A stretch of DNA of 64,000 nt, taken from the NCBI GenBank assembly GCA_012295275.1, contig CM022665.1, positions 30,318,001 to 30,382,000 on the forward strand, read 5' to 3'. Under the pieces are notes generated by a model. That model was given only the letters and a program-made list of their open reading frames with translations, did no database searches and was not told the DNA's origin. The stretch is from Chrysomallon squamiferum (lineage: Eukaryota; Animalia; Mollusca). This document shows, piece by piece, positions 28,386 to 43,747 of this stretch; the stretch's first letter is position 1, and every line of letters begins with the position of its first letter. Made by a program: the position numbers and the translations under genes.

Positions 28386-28787
28386 TGACATTACCATCCA
28401 TTACAATACGTAATTTGGTGGTATTATTTGCACTGTAATAAATCCTTCTTGGTGAAGTAATTATTACTGGTTCCTATCTGTGTTCACGTCTGTCTTATGC
28501 ATCTTGGATTGATAATTTAATTATGGACTAGCTTCCTGGTTTAGCTATTAAAAAAAATATACAGTATCATGGTATAAAAGTTGATCTTGACATTCTAAAA
28601 ATACACTCATACGCCGTAGAGGTAGCAGTACCGAGTTGCAGAAAATTAATTCCACTGCAGACTGAACGATCTTGGATGTTATCTAACGACACTGTTAGCT
28701 CAGAAATCAATTTAGAGATTACGATTTTCATTAAAATATTGATTCCAGTTCATTAAAGGGTGATATCGGCGTCATTTTTTAAATTTG

Positions 28788-28789
<2 letters not shown>

Positions 28790-28874
<85 letters not shown>
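28790..28874. repeat. (TTA)n microsatellite
   Basis: Direct reading. Confidence 0.96.
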
Positions 28875-28875
<1 letters not shown>

Positions 28876-30004
28876 TTTATTAATTTATTATTATTCTCTC
28901 ATTCTTTCCTTTCTTCCTATTAAATTTCCTTCCACTATCTTTCAAATCCCTTGAGTATTTTTTTTTTTTTTTTTTCTTGATTATATTTCGACTTCCTTGT
29001 CTGTTTCACCATCATTCGTTTCTTCTTTCTCTCGGACTTTCAGACTTTCTTTCACTTTCTTTCTCTTTATTTCCCTCCCTCTGTCTACTTTCTATCTGTC
29101 TGTATCACTTTCTCTCCCTTTGTTTTCTCTATTTTTCTTTTTCTCTCATTATCTCTGCTTCGCCTTCACTCTTTTTCTGTCTCTTTTTTACTATGTCTCT
29201 CCGTCTCTTTGTCTGTCTGTCTCTTTTAAAAACCGTCTGTATCATTTTTGTGATATCATGTTTTAAGACTACAGCATTTCCAAGATTCACACTGACATAT
29301 GTCGATCACTCAATAAAATGGTTCGGGGCCATTTCTGCTTTAAATGAGGTTGGTGTTATATCGGAAATTGTTTTCGCAACGAACCGAAATTGTCGAAAAC
29401 TAAACCTAGCAGTGAAAAATGTTCTGGGTGTTTTTTCACTTCATTGATTGTACTGTAAAATCAAATTAGCACAGAGCGACTGCATGATGCTTGCTACTGT
29501 GGAGAGAAGAGTGTAGAGAGAAAATCCAATTAATATTCCCAGTTACAGAAAAAAAGGAGAAGAAGAGAGAGAAAAAAACGACCTTTCTTTTTTTCACAGT
29601 ATTTGATATTGTCACTTCTTCTACTTGTTTTTTAAATGGCAATTTAAATTTTAAAATTGTTCTTACTGTTCCGTTTGTTTTTAGTTATTTTATTTATTTA
29701 TTTATTTTAATATAATTTAATTTGTCGTTGGTTGGTTTGTTTGTTTGCTTGTTTGTTTTTTAATTAATTTATTTGTATTTGTATTTTATTTTATTATTAT
29801 TTTATATTTTCTGTTTCTTTACTTTTTCATTGTATCTTATTTCTGAACGTTTTTATTTTATCATAGTTTCTTATTTTTTATTTCTTCATTATTTTATTTT
29901 ATTTCGTTTTATTTTATTTTATTTTATTTACTTTTTGTCAGAAAAATATCAATATTGTGTGTAAGTCGAACATAATTAGAGTAAAACAAAATGTAATGAA
30001 TAAA

Positions 30005-30695
30005 AGTGAGTAAAGGAGTAAGTAAATGAATGAATGAGTGACTGACTGACTAAGTAAATGAGTGACTGACTGACTGAGTAAATAGGTGAGTGACTAAGTA
30101 AATGGGTGAGATACTGACTGGGTAAGTAAATGGGTGAGTGATTGACTAAATAAATGACTGACCCACTAAGTAAATGAGTGAGTGACTGACTAAGCAAATG
30201 GGTGAGTGACTGACTACGTAAATGAGTGAGTGAGTGAGTGACTGACTGACTGAGTAAATGAGTGAGTGAGTGACTAAGTAAATAAATGAGTGAATGACTA
30301 AGTAAATGAGTGAGTGATGGATTGACTGGCTAAGTAAATCAGTGAGAGACTAAGTAAATGAGTGAGTGACTGACTAACTGACTGGCTGACCGCCTCACTA
30401 CGTAATGAATGAATGACTGAGTAAGTAAATGAGTGAGTGAGTGAGTAACTGAGTGAGTGACTGACTGATCGTCTGACTAAGTAAATGAATGAGTGACTGA
30501 CTGACTAAGTAAATAAGTGAGTGAGTGAGTGAATGACTAAGTAAATGAGTAAGTGACTGACCGTCTGACTAGATAAATGAATAAGTGATTGACTAACCAA
30601 GTAAATGAGTGAGAGATTGACTGAGAGACTAAGTAAATGAATGAGTGAGAGAGTGACTAAGTAAATGAATGAGTGACTAAGTAAGTGAGTGAATG
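30005..30695. repeat. Complex tetranucleotide satellite (TGAG/TGAC/TAAG/TAAA mosaic)
   Basis: Recurrent higher-order motif GACTAAGTAAATGAGTGAGTGACT over about 700 bp. Confidence 0.92.
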
Positions 30696-31415
30696 AAACA
30701 AGAAAGATACGAACAAGTAATAATTTATACATGCATGATTAGGTGAATTTGTATATTCACGTTTAAATATAGCTACATTACTTTTAAATAAATGTCCGAA
30801 CTATGCTTATTGCATTTTTATATTTCATTTGTTTTTCATTTAACTTTTCATTTATTTCCTTTTCCGATGGAGGGGGTGCTATATATATATATGTGTGAAT
30901 AATGGTATTTCTGAATATTAGACTGTTTTTTGTTCATTTATTTATTTGAAGAGCAAAACAGGTTAACGTAGTGCGAAGATACTTCAGAAATTGTTCAACT
31001 ATTTTATTAGCTGGATGAGATTTCAGTATGCTCAGAAAGTACAGTATTTATTTTTAATGGCAAAATGAGCCTCATTGTTGTATTACAAACGGTTTTCTAG
31101 ATATTATGCAACCTTTTATTTGATTTAAAATTTTAATAATGCATGGAGTTTAAAGCTAAAGTAATATTTATAAAGTACTGAATGAAGTACATAATGAATT
31201 TAACACCAATGACGTATTGTGTTTAGTACTAACAATGCCGTGATTGTTTTTTGATGAGACTAAGTAGCGACACAACTCTGCAGTACCCATCTTCACTCTT
31301 TCCTCCTCATATTTCTGATTAATCATCTTATGAAAGACCTTTTAAATGTATCAGTCTTATTGTCTTATATGTTAAACATCGTGTTCTGGAAGAACTTCTG
31401 AAACGCAGGCCTGTC

Positions 31416-31594
31416 CTTGTATTTTATGTTATGTTCTAAGATACACCAGTTTCGTTCTCTTGTATTTTATGTTATGTTCTAAGATACACCAGTTTCGTTC
31501 TCTTGTATTTTATGTTCTAAGATACACCAGTTTCGTTCTCTTGTATTTTATGTTATGTCCTAAGTTACACCAGTTTCGTTCTCTTGTATTTTAT
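31416..31594. repeat. 43-bp tandem repeat, about 4.3 copies (one 38-bp variant)
   Basis: Unit CTTGTATTTTATGTTATGTTCTAAGATACACCAGTTTCGTTCT starting at 31416, 31459, 31502 and 31540, with a partial copy at 31583. Confidence 0.95.
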
Positions 31595-32496
31595 ATTATC
31601 ATATTCCAATATAACCCACTCTCGTTGTCATGCATCTTCTGTAACAAATCCTGTGTCTGTTAGATTATAGAAATTAACGTTAACATGATGCAGGGTAACT
31701 GTCTTGCTCAGCTATACACCGGAATAATCGTTACTCAGAATGAAGACCAACAGCTCGTTTACTTTGGTACGCTTTAGTTTTAGGAAGCAAGACATAAAGC
31801 GAAAAAAAAATTAAAATATATATATATATATTTATATATTTATATATAAAATCAATAAATAAAAAGGCGGCGGGGGGGGGACAAAAAACAAAAAACACCC
31901 ACAAAGATGAATAATTATTGTACATATTCCTTTTAAATCTAAAGCAAATTACGACAGTTCGTCGTTAATCTATTAATCTCTGTCCAGAACCGGCGATTCA
32001 GATTGCTAATCTGTGTGCCCAGAACAACACACTTTCACATTAATTGGATAAAAGCACGGAAACAAGTTATATCATCATCAGCATCATTATTACGTAAGGA
32101 CGAGAGACTATTTTTGCGCATTTTCATTAATTTTGTGAGTAAGGAAATGTCGTTTTTTCCTCTAATATTCATTTCATGGTTTCTAATAGAAATGTTGAGA
32201 CGTGTCGAGGGAGGGGCCAGTCGATCAGTAATCAATGAGAAAACCGGCGACTGGTTTGTTGTCTGAACGTAAATTACAGCGGATATCGGTTGCCTCCAGC
32301 GAGTTGACTACGCCACGTCCCGTGCCATATCTGGTGCCGAAGCTTAATGCTCTCGGTTGCACAACACCAAATCAATTATCAGTGGTGTCGATGTTAATGT
32401 TTTCCAATAAAATCCAGTAAGCAACGTCGAAGAAACAAATTACAGTTCTCCGCTTTACCAAATAAGATATAAATAATATTTTTATTTATTTATTTG

Positions 32497-32540
<44 letters not shown>

Positions 32541-34089
32541 TACTACTACTACTACTACTTATTATTCATTTCACTTTCTGACGATGCTGAAGTTATCCAA
32601 AAAATATATGATCTCATTTTTAGATATTGGACACATCAAGAATATTAAGCTAATCTTGAAATTTGGATATAGACTTTGACAGATTGTTGCTATATTTATC
32701 ATAATATAAAATGTTAGGCAAATCACTATTTCCTTTTCGTACCATCAGGCCAGCAAACTAGAATAAAGAAAACGACGATGGCAAGGAAAATTTATTGTAT
32801 TTTGTCAACCCAAACTGTCAGATGGCTTCTTATTTGACTTCAATTTCCTTACAGCGGCGAAAGAACGTATCATAAAAAAAGAAATACTGAGGAAAATTAG
32901 TATTAAAACACAGTATGTTCCCCCAAATGCTGTATTTATAGGGAGCTATAATTCAGATAATGTCTGTCATGTCTGTTAACAGTTTCATCACAGCTTTAAA
33001 CATTTGTAGCTCATTCATTTAGACAAAAACAATTTTCATAATGACACGTTCAAGATTATTATCTTCATCGGGTTATTGTTATTGTTATTATCAGCATCAT
33101 CATTATTATTAGTCATCATCATCTTTATTGTTATCATCGTCGTTCTCGTTATAGATATTATTGTTATCATCATAAAGAATATATTTACTCGCTTCAACAG
33201 TACAGAGCTTATTTTCAAAAATTCAGTAACAGTACGCTATGTTCTAATTACTTTAATTGTGTGCATTTTCACATGTATCATATGACAGAGAATGTATTAT
33301 CTCAAAAGGTTTAAAAAGCATAATGAACACTGTCACACATTGTTATCATCATCATTAACGTTATTATTATTATTAGAGTAGTAGCAGTATGTTATTACTA
33401 CATGTATTATTATTATTATCATCATCATCATTATTATTATTATCATTATTATCATCATCATCATCATCATCATTATTATTATTATTTTTTTATTATTTCT
33501 ATTATTATTATCAAATCATTATTTTCCATCTGACATTAAATTAATATTATTGTTTTTCTGTACAAATGGAGTGGAATTGTTCTTCTAAATATCTGTAGAA
33601 GTTGTGAGCGAAACCAGCAGTCTTTTGAGACTTTCTCCTTCCTTCTTTATCTCGTCAGAACTAATTCTACAAGACAGTTTGTGTTTTCTCAAACAATAAA
33701 TAGCACACTTTAAGCTCGTGGGTGCCGTTTTCGACTGGGGCGTTTTGGACAGAAGCGGATCAGTCACACCTATTCATTTATTAGCTTATTTCACCTTTCA
33801 GTCGGAAGCCTGTTTATGACGTATTAAATGCCGTGGTGTATGTCTTCCTGTCTGCACACATAATACAATTAGCTCACGAAGTGACTGTTGCATGGTTTCT
33901 TCTTTAATATAATGGTTATACAAGAAATATATGTCTTATCTCTAATATCTCTATGGATTTATATATAATAATAAAAACATTAAGATTTAATTTATATATA
34001 CATACCTACACACACACACTCACACACAAATACATATATGCATACATACATACATACATATATATATATATATATTGATCAACTGATCT

Positions 34090-34530
34090 ACTGAGTTAAT
34101 ATTAATAATATACTGAGTTTATTTCTACTAAAGTAATCAGTTTAATGTCAGTAATGTATTGAATTCAATAAGAATTGCGTATTAACCTTATGAGTTTAAT
34201 ATCAATAACGTATTACGTTTAATGCTAAAAACATAATGATTTTAAAATTAATAATGTAATGATTTTGATACTAAAAACGTAATGAGTTTAATACTTACAA
34301 TGTTATGAGTTTAACACTAATAATGTATTGAGATGAATACTAATAATGTACGTAGTTTAATACAATCGTAATAAAGTACAGACTTTAATACTAACTACGT
34401 GCACTTTAATACTAACTAAAAACGTAATGAGTTTAACGGTAATAATAGCATTCTGAGTTTAGTATATATAACATAACGAAATTTAATACCAATAAAATTT
34501 CGAGTTTAATACAAATAATGTACAGAGTTC
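34090..34530. repeat. Degenerate ~23-bp minisatellite
   Basis: Recurrent TAATAA(T/C)GTAATGAGTTTAATAC-like units. Confidence 0.7.
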
Positions 34531-34537
34531 GTTTTAG

Positions 34538-34576
<39 letters not shown>

Positions 34577-34907
34577 TATACACACTCATACATATACACA
34601 CTCATACATATACACACTCATACATATACATATACACACTCATACATATACACACACACACACACACACACACTCAAACACACACTCATACATATACACC
34701 CACACAATTATTTAAGGGATTCTGTTACTTCGTCTTCGTTTGCAGCCTATTTCCGCGTAATAAGAACAAATCGATATATGTAACAGTCAATATTGTGAAT
34801 GTTCAGAATGTGTGGTTTAATACAATCGCGATATTCCTCTAACTCAGTCGATATCGGCTGGGCTACCAGTGTTTTCATGGTGAAACGCTTCATTTGACTG
34901 TAACACT

Positions 34908-34992
34908 GCAGGTTAACGCACTCGTCCGAAATGCCAGGGGTCGTGAGATCGATACTCGACGGCGAGTCAGATAGATTACATATAAAAGACTA
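34908..34992 (+). mobile_element. Possible degenerate tRNA-derived SINE head
   Basis: GGTTAACGCACTCG...GGGGTCGTGAGATCGATACTCG resembles the tRNA D-arm to T-arm segment with a mutated B box; no intact cloverleaf. Confidence 0.3.
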
Positions 34993-35351
34993 GGTGAACT
35001 TATATTATTTGTCGTAGAATGCGGCTTCTTTCATTGCCTCCAGTCAAACGAATTAGAATCATTGTTCAGTGGTCTTTTTGTAATAATTGGAAATTGTTTT
35101 AATTAGACATTATTTTCAGTGGATTTTTGTTTCATGGATGGTGTATAAATGAAAATAAACTGGCTATTAAACATTGTAAATCATACTTGTAATAAAATTA
35201 TTAAGCGAATTAATAAAGATCAAACAGATTCTGCTTTAGAAGTGTATTATTCATTGTTTTTCGTTGTTTACTTTATATTTTAAGTAAATATTTAGCTAAC
35301 ATCCAAAAATCCAGACCACCTGCGGTAAATGAGTCGATACGTGTGAATAAT

Positions 35352-35396
<45 letters not shown>

Positions 35397-36081
35397 TGTT
35401 TGTTTATTTATATAATAAAGTGAATGTTTGTAAATTGTAACTGGGTTTTTTCTAGTTGAAAATAAGCTGTTTTTTAGAATCTAAATGTATTATTTCTTAT
35501 TCGGAAATTATGTGCAGTTTGTGCTTCTTAAAGAGAAAAAAAAAGAGAAAAAGATTAATAATAATAATAAAACAACAACAAAAAAAACACAAACAAATTA
35601 CGCCGATCTTTTTTACACCATCAATGGCATGACTTGAAACATTTAATAACAGTATGAAAAGAAATAAACCAAATACATTTTTTTATAGATATTTTATCAT
35701 TTTATAGAATAAAAATTAGCATATATATATATATATATATATAATTTATTTATTTTTTATTTTTCTGGGTTTTCATTTTTTTTAATTATTACTTTTACTG
35801 TATGTAGGTAAATGTTTGTCAATTTTTCACCAGAGAAATGTTTAAGGATGCCTGTCGTGGACACACCTCTAACTTCACACGATTCACATCATAATAGTTG
35901 TTGTCAGTGTTTCCATCCACGAGTTCCACGGAGCTCTATGATGCAGTTAGCCTTCGTTAAAATATACATGGAGCTGTAAAAAAAAGTTGCTAATATTTTA
36001 ATGTATTGTTTTATTCATTTATACAGGATACGGAGTTTTCGGTATATATTCTTAAGTTTCATTCTATTTTATTTTATTTTA

Positions 36082-36102
36082 TATTATTATTATTATTATT
36101 AC

Positions 36103-36157
<55 letters not shown>

Positions 36158-36192
36158 TATTATTATTATTATTATTGTCATTATTATTATTA

Positions 36193-36239
<47 letters not shown>
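36082..36239. repeat. (TAT)n microsatellite, interrupted
   Basis: Direct reading. Confidence 0.96.
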
Positions 36240-37279
36240 TCAGGGATACTACCTGTAAAAGGTTGGGAATCTCTGATACATATATTTGTATCCATGTTTG
36301 TTTTATTTTTCTACGAGGCGAAGGAATGTGACCACAACGCTTGATTGATTAAATGACCTGTGGCTATTTCAATTAATACGTCAGATGTTATTATTTAACA
36401 CCTGTTGTGAGATAATTATGGCATTTAGGACTGAAAACAGACAGGTGGTTTCAGGGAATCAGCTTGGGACTAGCTAAACTGTTATTAACCACGTTTTAAC
36501 ATACAGAGACTGGTCACCGTAACTATGACCCGTTTCATAATGCATGACATAACATCAGCAGATATGTGCAGATAATGGCATTGTTAACAACACATTATTA
36601 ATAAACGTATGTCTGTGTATCCGACATGGGATATTTGTTACAGAATGACTCAGGTGTTTTTTCATTGGTAAGTATATCTTTAAAATAGTAAAGAAATATT
36701 ATGAAAAAACGGATTTTTAAATGCTATGTGATAATTGAAAAATAATATATATATATATATATAATGCTAAGTAGGTATTAAAATGTTATATAGTGGTAAG
36801 TCGTTAAAAAGATGTTTAAAACACTGTAATGTTTATAAAAAATAAAAATAAAATCTTCTACAATTATTATAAATATTTAAAGTGCTACATATTGATTTAA
36901 CAATAATTACATGTTTATATGTTAATCTGAGCTTTAAATGCGTTTTAATTGTTAAGAAGCAGCTACATATTACGTTTAAAATGTAGCGACTTGATAAAGA
37001 AAGGATTCTGTATTATATTTTTAAAAATGATATATAATGTACCATATACACACATACTGCGTTTAAATAGATGTTAAAAATACTGCTTAATGTTGAAGAA
37101 AACCAGACATGTTAAATGTATATTACAGTTAAAAAGTTAGATCAGGGTTACGATATAACAACATGCGTAATTATATTATCATATATTATTAAAATAATGC
37201 ATTATACAGAAAGAAAAAACAAAACAAATAAAACAAACTCAGACAAAACAGATATAATTTTAACTGAATACTGAAATAG

Positions 37280-37280
<1 letters not shown>

Positions 37281-37361
<81 letters not shown>
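37281..37361. repeat. (AC)n microsatellite
   Basis: Direct reading. Confidence 0.96.
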
Positions 37362-37364
<3 letters not shown>

Positions 37365-37939
37365 TCGATACATTCAGCATCTACAGAATAAGTGTTTTCC
37401 TAACAACAATTATTACTTTTTAACATAGTTTCGAAAAGTGTCAGCTGGTTCATATTCGTATTTATTACGCAGGAAAATCGAAAAGTCACGAACGCGTTAC
37501 TTTTTTGTTGTTTTATTATTCATGTAGTCGAGATTAAACAGCAACAAATATCCTTCAAAAACACGTCGTGAAATGTTTTTGCTTGGTTCTCACAGAATCG
37601 TATCAATAATAAATGTGAAGTGACTTGCTTAACTCAAAAACGTCTACAACCGAAACGACTATGGAACTAAGGTTTTTAACGATTAAGAACAAATAAGTAA
37701 ATGAAAAAAGAAGAAAAAAAGTAGAATGAAAAAGAAAAGAGATAAAAAAAATCCTAAGTATTCGTTTTTATATACTTATTACAAGTGCATACATGTATAT
37801 ATCTCTATACTCTTTTTTAAACATCAGCATATACATCTTTTTTACACTATGCAATAATTATGAGCGTAGTTCAGTTCCACATGTACTGCCATAGCCATTT
37901 AATTATTAAAATACAATACTGTCTCATTTATTAATTACT

Positions 37940-38002
<63 letters not shown>

Positions 38003-38709
38003 TTTCATCGATTGTTGGTCGATTCTTAAACATTGGTTGGTTGTTAGATTGTTTTCTTTCTTTCTAGTTTATTTGTATTTATATATTTATTTGTTCGTTC
38101 GTAAGTTAGTCGGTAGTTTGGCGTCTGCTTGTATTCTTGCTTGCCTTCAAGTATATTAATTTATTAATTTCTTCATTCGTCCCTTAAAAGGCTAGAAATA
38201 AATAAAAGAAGTGAAAAAAAAAAACCGGTACACTGCTATGTAAATTCAATTTCCCATTCAAAACTCAGACATAAAAAAAGAAGTTAAATATACATTCTCC
38301 TAGGCGAAAGAAATAACGAGGAAAGTTATAATGTCTTCAAGCCAATCCAAGAGGTTTATTCATGAATGCATTCCAGTGGACCAAGCTAAACATTAAGGAA
38401 TCGGTTCATATGCGTGAATGGGATTCCTTGACAATAAGCAGACATCGCCGTCTTTCCTGATTTCTGAGTCATTGGATCAGGCTGTGCGATCAATAAGTAT
38501 TAAAACGTCCTTTACGTCCGTCGTGTTTGGTTTGGGACTCGCCAACACGTATCAGGTGCCGCGAGTAAGAAAGACTTGTTTTCATAGAAACTGCCAGCAT
38601 CCTTTCATAAACAAGTTCGTTTTTCAACAAAATGATAATGGAGTCTGAACGTAAATAACTATATGTGTTTCAGAGGCAACGTGTCTCTGTATGAATCTGA
38701 GTGAGTTTT

Positions 38710-38744
<35 letters not shown>

Positions 38745-39942
38745 TGATATATGTTTATATGCATATGTGTAAAATATTTTATATACTTATAACTTATTGA
38801 TATCAAAGGATGGCATAAATATAACTATCGCCATTGTAATACATTCTATGAAATCGCTACAGTATGGTCATCATTAATTAATATTTCTGTCAGCTAAGAT
38901 TAAAAAATACTGGGAATTATTTTGTATATGTTTAAGCCGTGTTTAAAATAATACTTTCTTCAAAACTGGTTAGTGCAAAAAAAAAAAAAGAAGAAGTCGA
39001 ATAACAAGGATACGTATTTATTTTGAAAATTTTAAATTCGAAGGTAATAATATTCTTCGTCGTCATCACTCTTCGCAGAAGTTAATATTCCGCTGAACTC
39101 TTCTGTAAAAGAAAGAACGTTACTGTTTCTTTTTTCTTTTTTTCACAAAATTCGGAATATTAAAAAAAATCTCCTTTCAAGTTGATTAGATTTTTTCACA
39201 AAGACCCAGAATCAAATGATGCATTAAGGTTAAGGGACTTGGCAGATTGAGGCAATGACAAAAAATGTGAAGTTAGCAAAATGTCAAAGATTAGTCTAAG
39301 ACTGAACAAGTGGCGTAATTCTTAAGACTTAAAGCTGAATGGAAAAAGAATAAATGTGGACGGAGACCGATATCCTTGCTCAATATACAAATCGTGTCGA
39401 CTAAATTGCTTTTCGTGCAGACCAATAATTCTAAGCGAAAATCGTATCTGGGACATTTGAAGTCTGAAGATCAATAGTGGAATAACACTGTACTCCGGTC
39501 AGAATGTACGTAACCGCTGAAACCTCCAAGTTTTTGTTCATCTTATTCAAAACGAAAAGCCAAGTTCCGAACGGTCAAATTGAATAACGTCTGTAATCAC
39601 ATCTATAAATAAAGCAAAAGGATAGCAACTGTCATTTCTGTTCTCTTTCTCGGTTTATGCAGCCCAGACTGCAAGTCTTTTGTGTATGCAGAGACCTTGA
39701 GAATTGGCTGTAAGCCTGCCCGCGTCTTTACCACAGTCCAGATACAACAATACGCAATAAATCAATGTTATATCACCAGACGTTGCGTCTAATATACCAT
39801 AAATCAATGAGATATCATTTGTTAATGGTATTTCATTGATCGCCTTCGGTATCACGATGATGAATTAATCGTTGTTTTTCATTCAAATTCAAATTTTATT
39901 TATTTGTTTATTATCATTATTATTATTATTACAATTACTATT

Positions 39943-39990
<48 letters not shown>

Positions 39991-40212
39991 TTTTTGTTTA
40001 TTTATTATAATTTAAAAAAGAAAATTATAACAATATTTTAATTCAAAACGATAATGTTTTCCATCTTCGGGTTTTCTTAAAAACAAAGATCAAGTCTAAT
40101 TTAAAATATATAGAATAGTCATTAAACTTATCGATTATATATATATATGATAAACTGGTACTCTATTCTAAAATGATTGACGGTAAATAGCAAAACAGTA
40201 GGAAGCCAGAAA

Positions 40213-40219
40213 ATATATC

Positions 40220-40274
<55 letters not shown>

Positions 40275-40415
40275 ACACACATGCATACATATATATATAT
40301 CTACACACACACACATACACATATATATATCTACACACACACATCCACATACATATATATATATATACAAACACACACATATACATATACATACATACAT
40401 ACATACATACATACA

Positions 40416-40467
<52 letters not shown>
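40213..40467. repeat. Compound (CA)n/(TA)n/(TACA)n microsatellite
   Basis: Direct reading. Confidence 0.95.
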
Positions 40468-40834
40468 AAACGAGTAAGATATAAGCTGGCGCAAATGCAT
40501 TATTCAGTTTAGACTTTTAGCTGTGTGTCATCAGTGATGACTTGTAATTACATTAGTCTGTCTGAAGCTGATTTATCAAGGTTTAATGTCTCTCAGAGTG
40601 GCATACACAAGTGTTTGTTAGCTTTTATCTCTTTTCTCACGAATGTGTTAAACTTGTCTGAACACATGTATCGAGTACACACGACCGTGATACTCTATCT
40701 TAGAAAAAAACATGTTGTTTTCCTTGTTCCATTGTTTCATTACGTATCTCCTGAGAATAGTCTTTTGATGTAGCAAAAAGCACTGTAGATTAATAAATTT
40801 TCAGCACAGATATTTAGTAAATGTTCTAGGTGTC

Positions 40835-40958
40835 GTATATATGTATGTGTATGTATGTATGTATATATGTATGTTATGTATGTATATATGTATGTGTATG
40901 TATGTATGTATATATGTATGTTATGTATGTATATATGTATGTATGTATGTATATATAC
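40835..40958. repeat. (TATG)n-type compound microsatellite
   Basis: Direct reading; opposite orientation to the 40213-40467 tract. Confidence 0.93.
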
Positions 40959-42845
40959 ATTGTATTTCACAATTATTCTGTATGGGCGCGCGAATATATG
41001 TACATACACACACGTACTTGCTAGTCCATTACCACCACCAATTTAACAACTACAGGATAATAGAATCAAGAACATGACATAAAAATAATCTTAAACAGTT
41101 TCAATATTTTACAAATTAACTATTAACAGAATTTAACTATTAAAATGTAATTATATCGTCAGATAAGGTGCTGGTACAGAGGGACTTAGTACACTGTTGT
41201 CTTTTCGATTCTTCACGTTTTTCGAAACCCAAAAGGACTTCCATTGTCTGATTTTCTACCTGCTTCCGTGCTGAAGCTCACAAAAGAAATTCCTTTGCCT
41301 ATCGTGTTCTGTTTTAAGTTTCTCTAACGCCGATATCAAGCACATTAAACCTGATGCAGAAGTCGCTGTTGATTTCCACGGGGAAATCTAATCAACAACA
41401 AAATAAATTGTGGTTCCATTCTGGCTATATTTTGGTGAAACGGACTTTTCACCGTAATCGTATTTTAGTTCAGGAGTAGTGCATTCACTCGAAACTCCGT
41501 AATGGAACACTTCTCAAACAATGCAAATAACGTAATTCATTTTATAAAGTGAAAAAACAACAACAAAAACCCCCTCAAAACCCATAAAACAATCAGCGAA
41601 ATAATAATGTAGAAATAAGTACCCAAACACACAGACACACACCAACATAGATACAGAGACACATGCATTTACACATATAAAAGGTCGGTCAGGTCATGTA
41701 CACGCGATAGAGCATCGAAAATTATTCTATCATTTTTATATACTGTACTCGCCATTCGGAAAACAGAAGCATGTTTTTATTTTTTTATTTAAAGTATGTA
41801 CGAATTAATAGTAATCATTCAACTGCTTATTCGTTTGTTGCTACATACTCCATATATATTCCGTTCATTACATGTAGGAGTTATCTTCTATGCTACATCA
41901 TCTTTATGCTACATCATCTATGCTACATCAGTAGTTAAAAACTGTGTTTCTCTAATCAAAGAGGCTAATACAGATTATCATAAAATACAGTTTGAATACA
42001 TTTCAAAAATTGTTTTACTGCAATCTTAAAATTTATTTAAAATACGTTTGTAGTCTAGACAAACTTCAAAATATCAAGTTAAATTCTTTATACATAACAC
42101 TGCGAAGCAAAACTTTATTGGACACATTTGTTAAAATGCTTTCTGATAACCACTGTGTTTTCTCCATTATGAAAAGAAAAATAGCATTTCATTCATTATT
42201 TTTGTAACTTCATATGATAGCATCATGCACGATGTATTGGAGAGAGGCTGCAGTAAGTAGTAAATTACGTTATAACGAGCACTCCTATCACTTAGATGCA
42301 ATGAATTACGTAACGTTTATTTTATATTATATTCGTGAAGTTTATCATCCATCTTATTTCTACTTTTCTTCTTTATTTCACTACATATTAATTCATTCAC
42401 CATTGATTTTGAATTCTTTCCTGCCACCCACACTTCTGCTTTTTCCTTCTTTCTCTCTGTTTCTTACGTTCCATTGCTTACCATTCTCTTGTTGTTCATT
42501 TATGCAAGTCTTGTTACTATGATGTCAACTTCTCCATTATTTCAGTATTATTTATTACTGTGTGTTTGACATATAGCAGGCACTTAAACACTCTGAAACA
42601 CGTCTGAGTATGATTAAACAAATATAGCACATCCTTTCCTGTGACATACTCACTTTATATGATCAATAGTGTTTAACTGAAAACGAAATCGTAAATCTTT
42701 CATTTCCTCAGTAAATGTCACTTATGACATTTGTTTTTATCTTTTAAGAATCGAGTTGCAAATAATAATATATAAAATAACAATCAACGGTTTCTATTAT
42801 AAATGGTTATTGTATAATGTCTCATCTATGCAGAGATGCCAGATA

Positions 42846-42887
<42 letters not shown>

Positions 42888-43034
42888 TTTTTTTTTTACA
42901 TGATTTGTATGTACAGTATGATATATATTATGTTAAAGATTTGACTGTTTGCTAACGCGCGCATGTGTATGTGTGTGGTGTATATATATGTGGATAGGTA
43001 GATAAACTAATATATATAGTTACTTAATTATATG

Positions 43035-43090
<56 letters not shown>

Positions 43091-43747
43091 CAGATATAAT
43101 CACATAATTATATGTTAATATATATATATATAAAAAATGTACTTACACATAGATGCAATTGTAACGTGTACGAATGTGTACGCTTGGTTTCATTAATGTA
43201 TTGTATGCCATCCTATTCAAATGTATTTCCCAGCTGTTGTAATAGGTTATTTTATTCTTATACAGAATTTTTGTTATTTTCATACAACATCATGTTCTGT
43301 TGAAGGTCTGGTCACGGATGTAATGTTTAGAATTTACCTGATAAAGATATAAAATTTCACATCATATCCAGTGCATATAAGATTACACGTTATGTGTGAG
43401 GCTGAGAATAATCCATAACTGTTTTAAATTCAGAAATCTTCCATCTGAACGCGTTTCGGCATAACGATGACGCAATATCAGGGTCTGCTTTAAGTTATAA
43501 TAGAGTCGATAAATCAAATTTAGAACTCTGGTACGCTGCCTAAACAATGAGGAGAAAAGCGATTGATGGGAATTTAGGAGAAGACTTCTTGACGTCGATG
43601 AAGTTGTTCACTCTCTAGTGCAGTCCTCGTCGTCCACTTGTCTCGTTGCAATTACCAAGAAGAAGCTCTGACGATTTTTGTCCAGTGGTAATCATTTGAT
43701 TCTATGTGACACTGGAATAGAGAAGATAACGATACAGAGCGTGCAGT

